A DNA stretch of 64,000 nucleotides from NCBI GenBank assembly GCA_017475005.1, contig JAFVGI010000039.1, positions 3,509 to 67,508 of the forward strand. Reading direction: 5' to 3'. Positions 59,964-64,000 of the stretch are shown in pieces (position 1 is the first letter of the stretch; the number at the start of each line of letters is the position of its first letter). A program made the position numbers and the translations under genes. The notes beneath the pieces are model-generated. The model was not told where the DNA came from. It made no database searches and saw only the letters and a list, made by a program, of their open reading frames with translations. The stretch comes from Prevotella sp. Lineage in GTDB: Bacteria > Bacteroidota > Bacteroidia > Bacteroidales > Bacteroidaceae.

Positions 59964-61748
59964 TTATATTTTTTTAGTATTTTCCACAAGCCAAGTCTTA
60001 TCATCCGGATTGCTTAGCAAAGGAAGGAGTCTTTCTCTCACAAGAGCATGATAATCATTAAGATAATCCTTCTCATATTGCTCCAGCATATCCTTCTCGA
60101 CAGGAGCAGTATCAATAGGACATAGCGTAAGCGGCTCGAAAGTAAGCCATTTCTTTTCGCTGACAGGAACAGAATTGTCGCTCTTTACAAGCATGGTATT
60201 CTCTATCCTGATGCCAAATTTTCCCTCCAAATACACACCAGGCTCAATTGTCAGTGTCATACCCTCTTGCAGGGGAGCGGGACACCATCTTTGCCTCATT
60301 GACTGAGGTCCTTCGTGAACAGACAGGCAGGCTCCCACCCCATGACCTGAGCCATGCATATAGTCCACCTTTCCACGCCATAATACCGAATGAGGTATTG
60401 TGTCAAGATTTGTGCCATTAGTACCTTCAGGGAAAGAGATGCTTGCCAATGCTATATGGGCCTTGAGGACAAGGGTATAGATGCGTTTCATCTCAGGTGT
60501 CAAAGAGCCTAAGGCAATAGTACGAGTGATGTCAGTTGTGCCGTCAGTATATTGTGCTCCACTATCGAGAAGCAGCAGCCCCTCTGCCTTTAGAGCCTTT
60601 GCTGTTTCTGGGGTTACAGCATAGTGTACTATCGCACCATTTTCATTATAGCCACAGATAGTGCCAAAGGAAAGAGACATAAATTTCTTTGCACCTTCCT
60701 CCTTGCGTAATTCCTCCAGTTTATCGGAAACAGTCAGTTCTGTTTGTCCTCCTGCTTCTACAGCAGGCTTCAGCCAACGCAGGAAACGAACCATAGCGAC
60801 ACCATCACGCAACATAGAACGTCTGAAGCCTTCTATCTCAGCATCATTCTTGATGGCTTTCATCATTCCTGCAGGAGAATCGCAGTCTCTCACATGTTCC
60901 TTTACGATACTGTATATTGTATAGTTTGTCGATTTACCCGAGCATAGTGTCAAAGTATTTTTTGAAGATTTCTTCCTCAAAAAATTCGCGAATTCATCGT
61001 ACTTTTCAATAGCCACTCCTGCTTCTGCCAACATAGCTTGGGCTTCTGATGTACAAGAGCCGTTGACAAAGACTGTTGCGTCACTATGGGTTATATACAG
61101 ATATGCTATAAAGACAGGAGTCATCAGCACATCAGAACCACGAAGATTCAATGTCCATGCAATCTCTGTCAGGTCTGTCATCACATAGGCATCACAAGAA
61201 CCCATTGCGGCTCTCAGGCGCTGTAGCTTTTCCGCAACTGTCTCACCAATGATACTCTCATCTACAGGAAATATCTCGTTTGCAGGTTTTGCAGGACGCT
61301 CTTCCCATATTGTTGACAAGGCATCATAGTTCGTCCTCATGGTACATCCGATGGTGCGCAGTTCCTTTGTCAGTCGGGTTATCTCCTCGTATGGCATCAC
61401 CATTCCATCCACACAAACGATACCGCCATTTGGCAACAGGCTCATCTTTCTCTTCAGCCATTCCGCAATAGTGGGAGTTCCGGGCATGTATTCCTTCATC
61501 AGCTGCCACTCTTCTGACAATTCACTTTCTGCCTGCAGGAAATAGCGGGAATCAGTCCATAATGCAGCCTCATCCATTGTCACGACAACAGTTCCGGCAC
61601 TTCCCGTAAAGCCGCTTATCCATTTGCGTCCCTGCCAATGAGGGGCGACATATTCGCTGTTATGAGGGTCAGATGAGGGAATGATGACAGCATCAATACT
61701 CTCACGCTTCATGACCGAACGAAGAAGGGAAAGCTTTTTAGTACTCAT
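59964..61748 (-). CDS. Xaa-Pro aminopeptidase (M24B)
   Basis: DPHNSEY, GFTGSAG, DSGAQY.DGTTDITRT, HG.GHGVG, VHEGP, EPG.Y, GIRIEN. Confidence 0.92.
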   Translation of the reverse strand: MSTKKLSLLRSVMKRESIDAVIIPSSDPHNSEYVAPHWQGRKWISGFTGSAGTVVVTMDEAALWTDSRYFLQAESELSEEWQLMKEYMPGTPTIAEWLKRKMSLLPNGGIVCVDGMVMPYEEITRLTKELRTIGCTMRTNYDALSTIWEERPAKPANEIFPVDESIIGETVAEKLQRLRAAMGSCDAYVMTDLTEIAWTLNLRGSDVLMTPVFIAYLYITHSDATVFVNGSCTSEAQAMLAEAGVAIEKYDEFANFLRKKSSKNTLTLCSGKSTNYTIYSIVKEHVRDCDSPAGMMKAIKNDAEIEGFRRSMLRDGVAMVRFLRWLKPAVEAGGQTELTVSDKLEELRKEEGAKKFMSLSFGTICGYNENGAIVHYAVTPETAKALKAEGLLLLDSGAQYTDGTTDITRTIALGSLTPEMKRIYTLVLKAHIALASISFPEGTNGTNLDTIPHSVLWRGKVDYMHGSGHGVGACLSVHEGPQSMRQRWCPAPLQEGMTLTIEPGVYLEGKFGIRIENTMLVKSDNSVPVSEKKWLTFEPLTLCPIDTAPVEKDMLEQYEKDYLNDYHALVRERLLPLLSNPDDKTWLVENTKKI

Positions 61749-61762
61749 ATAACTTATTGGGC

Positions 61763-62383
61763 TTATAACACCTTTCCTTGCAAAAGTGTAGACAATTTCT
61801 CTACAGCCCTACCCCTATGTGACATACCATTCTTTTCTGCTGCAGACATCTCAGCAAAGGTAAGTGGATGCTCTGTCTCATCAGGTGAATATCCTTCCGG
61901 ATAGAAAATAGGGTCATAGCCAAACCCTTCCGCTCCATGTTTTTCTGTTGCGATACATCCTTCCACCTTTCCTTCAAACAGATGTGTCTCACCATGATAT
62001 ATCAATGCTATTACAGTACGGAATTGCGCCTTACGATTATCAATACCTTGCATATTTCGTAGCAGTTTCTGCATATTCGCTTCAGAATCATGATCCGTCC
62101 CATCAATTGAGGCATAGCGAGCAGAATAGACACCTGGTTCTCCATTCAGGACATCCACCTCAAGACCTGTATCGTCAGCAAAGCAGTCAAAGCCATAATG
62201 CTGATTTACGTATTGAGCCTTCTCGAGAGCATTACCCTCAAGAGTGTCATGAGTCTCAGGAAGTTCCTCATAGCAACCTATTTCCTTCAGCGAACGAACC
62301 TCAAAGCGTTCACCAAGAATCTGGCGCACCTCCTGAAGTTTATGCGCATTGTTGGTAGCAAAAACTAAGATATCCTTATTCAT
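61763..62383 (-). CDS. rdgB: Non-canonical purine NTP pyrophosphatase
   Basis: [34 protein letters not shown]. Confidence 0.93.
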   Translation of the reverse strand: MNKDILVFATNNAHKLQEVRQILGERFEVRSLKEIGCYEELPETHDTLEGNALEKAQYVNQHYGFDCFADDTGLEVDVLNGEPGVYSARYASIDGTDHDSEANMQKLLRNMQGIDNRKAQFRTVIALIYHGETHLFEGKVEGCIATEKHGAEGFGYDPIFYPEGYSPDETEHPLTFAEMSAAEKNGMSHRGRAVEKLSTLLQGKVL

Positions 62384-62402
62384 CGACCTTAATTCTTAAC
62401 TC

Positions 62403-64000
62403 TTATTCCACTCCTTTCATCATCTTTTTAAGCAGTGGACACAACAGGAACAGCAATACCGATGCCACACCTGCCATTACCGCAAAGAGCAGGAAGAAGT
62501 CTGTAAGGGTAGCGATTTCAATACCCAAGAAATGCTTTGTTACCCCCTGTTCCGGCAATAGTGTTGCTAATCTGCCTGCCAGGATATTGCTGGCAGCATT
62601 ACTCATAAACCATACACCCATCAACAATGATGCGAGGTGAGCAGGAGACAACTTGTTTACCATACTAAGTCCTATTGGCGACAATGACAATTCACCGATT
62701 GTATGTATGAAATACAGAGCCACCAGCCACCACATCGCAGCCTTCTGTCCACCAGCTGTTATGCCATAGGTGCCGTATGCTATCACTACATATCCCAAAG
62801 CGAGGAGCGCCAAACCGAGAGCCTGTTTTCGAGGGCTGGATGGTTCCATGTTATGCTTTGCCAATGTCTCCCATAATGTTGCCATAATAGGAGCAAAGAC
62901 CACTACAACGATAGGATTGATGCTCTGGAACCATGTTGTAGGCATCTCCCAACTACCAATGGTACGGTCACACTGCTGCTCCGCAAAGAGGGTCAGCGAT
63001 GAGCCAGCCTGTTCAAAGGCACTCCAGAAGAATATCACGAAAAGTGCAATGATATATATCACTCCTATACGTGACTTATCAACACTGGTAAGGCTGCGAT
63101 CGGTTATGATAAAGAGTGGCAGAGCTATTGCTATGACATATATAGCATTAGAGATATAGTCATTGAAACTTGCTACATCCTGTGAGAGAAAGCAGAAGAA
63201 AACCATTGCACCCACGATGCATCCCCACAGACGGAAAGGAGAGTTCTTGGCAACCTTCTTTGGCAAGCGGATTTCCGATGCCTGCATCAGATGACCTTCC
63301 AAGACTGCTTCATCCTCTTCTTCCTGGATTTCCTTCAGCTTCAAGAGTTCAGACTTCGATGGCGCAAGACCGATACCAAGTCCTTCCGGAGTTACGAGGA
63401 ACCTGTCCTTAAGTGTAGAGAAAACCACTACAGATACCACCATAGCAACACCAGCACAGAAGAAGCCCCACTTGAAGTTATGAGGATTCATCCAGTTGCC
63501 ATCGCCCAGATATCCGCACAGCAAAGGTGCTATGAAGGCGCCCAAGTTAATGCCCATATAGAATATGGTGAAGGCAGAGTCCTTTCGATGGTCCTGTGGC
63601 TCATAGAGGTCACCCACCATAGTGGAGATATTTGGTTTGAAGAAGCCATTTCCGAATATCAGCATCGCCAAACCGCCAAACATCAGCCACATGGAGAAAC
63701 TGTTATCTATAGAAGGGTCGATCGTGCCACCTTCTGTAAAGATGCTCTGCTTAACAAAACATGCAGAAGCAAACATCAGGAACTGACCTATCGCCATCGT
63801 TATACCACCAAAGATGATAGAACGACGGTTACCCCAATATTTATCTGCTATATAGCCACCCAACAGAGGGGTAAGATATACCAAGCCGGTATAAGAACCA
63901 TATATCTGGCTGGCTTGATCATTGGTAAAGAAAGCTGCTACAAGATATAACACAAAGAGGGCACGCATTCCGTAGTAGGAAAAGCGCTCTGCCATCTCAG
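62403..64000 (-). CDS. POT-family proton/peptide symporter (5' end probably outside window)
   Basis: ERFSYYGM, GGYIAD, GFFKPN, FYMGINLG, GELSLSPIG. Confidence 0.92.
   Translation of the reverse strand, partial: EMAERFSYYGMRALFVLYLVAAFFTNDQASQIYGSYTGLVYLTPLLGGYIADKYWGNRRSIIFGGITMAIGQFLMFASACFVKQSIFTEGGTIDPSIDNSFSMWLMFGGLAMLIFGNGFFKPNISTMVGDLYEPQDHRKDSAFTIFYMGINLGAFIAPLLCGYLGDGNWMNPHNFKWGFFCAGVAMVVSVVVFSTLKDRFLVTPEGLGIGLAPSKSELLKLKEIQEEEDEAVLEGHLMQASEIRLPKKVAKNSPFRLWGCIVGAMVFFCFLSQDVASFNDYISNAIYVIAIALPLFIITDRSLTSVDKSRIGVIYIIALFVIFFWSAFEQAGSSLTLFAEQQCDRTIGSWEMPTTWFQSINPIVVVVFAPIMATLWETLAKHNMEPSSPRKQALGLALLALGYVVIAYGTYGITAGGQKAAMWWLVALYFIHTIGELSLSPIGLSMVNKLSPAHLASLLMGVWFMSNAASNILAGRLATLLPEQGVTKHFLGIEIATLTDFFLLFAVMAGVASVLLFLLCPLLKKMMKGVE

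Overview
Chromosomal window from a Bacteroidales bacterium, very likely Prevotella-like. The evidence is TTTG-N20-TAnnTTTG promoters, no Shine-Dalgarno sites, the porG-uppS-bamA-skp-murI block and T9SS cargo proteins. It contains about 55 CDS: housekeeping genes (apt, lolD, ftsH, cdsA, rsfS, rbfA, greA, uppS, bamA, murI, pta/ackA, cdaA, folP, rdgB), two glycoside hydrolases, one tRNA-Gln, a surface-polysaccharide locus with a possible CDP-alditol module, and an accessory island at about 44.8-54.5 kb. The most notable structure lies outside the annotation. (1) A four-helix-bundle (IVP/Avd-like) gene sits between pta and ackA inside 32-bp inverted heptamer arms that could loop it out of the mRNA like an rRNA intervening sequence; the same arms and other heptamer arrays are scattered at stop codons and in-frame inside proteins. 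(2) A module occurs twice: large T9SS-CTD protein, then an unannotated ~55-aa peptide with conserved ends and a variable core, then a two-gene cassette bounded by directly duplicated terminators. (3) Several families of small non-autonomous repeats are present. No transposase, integrase or CRISPR array was seen. Family assignments are from sequence recognition only; no database searches were run.
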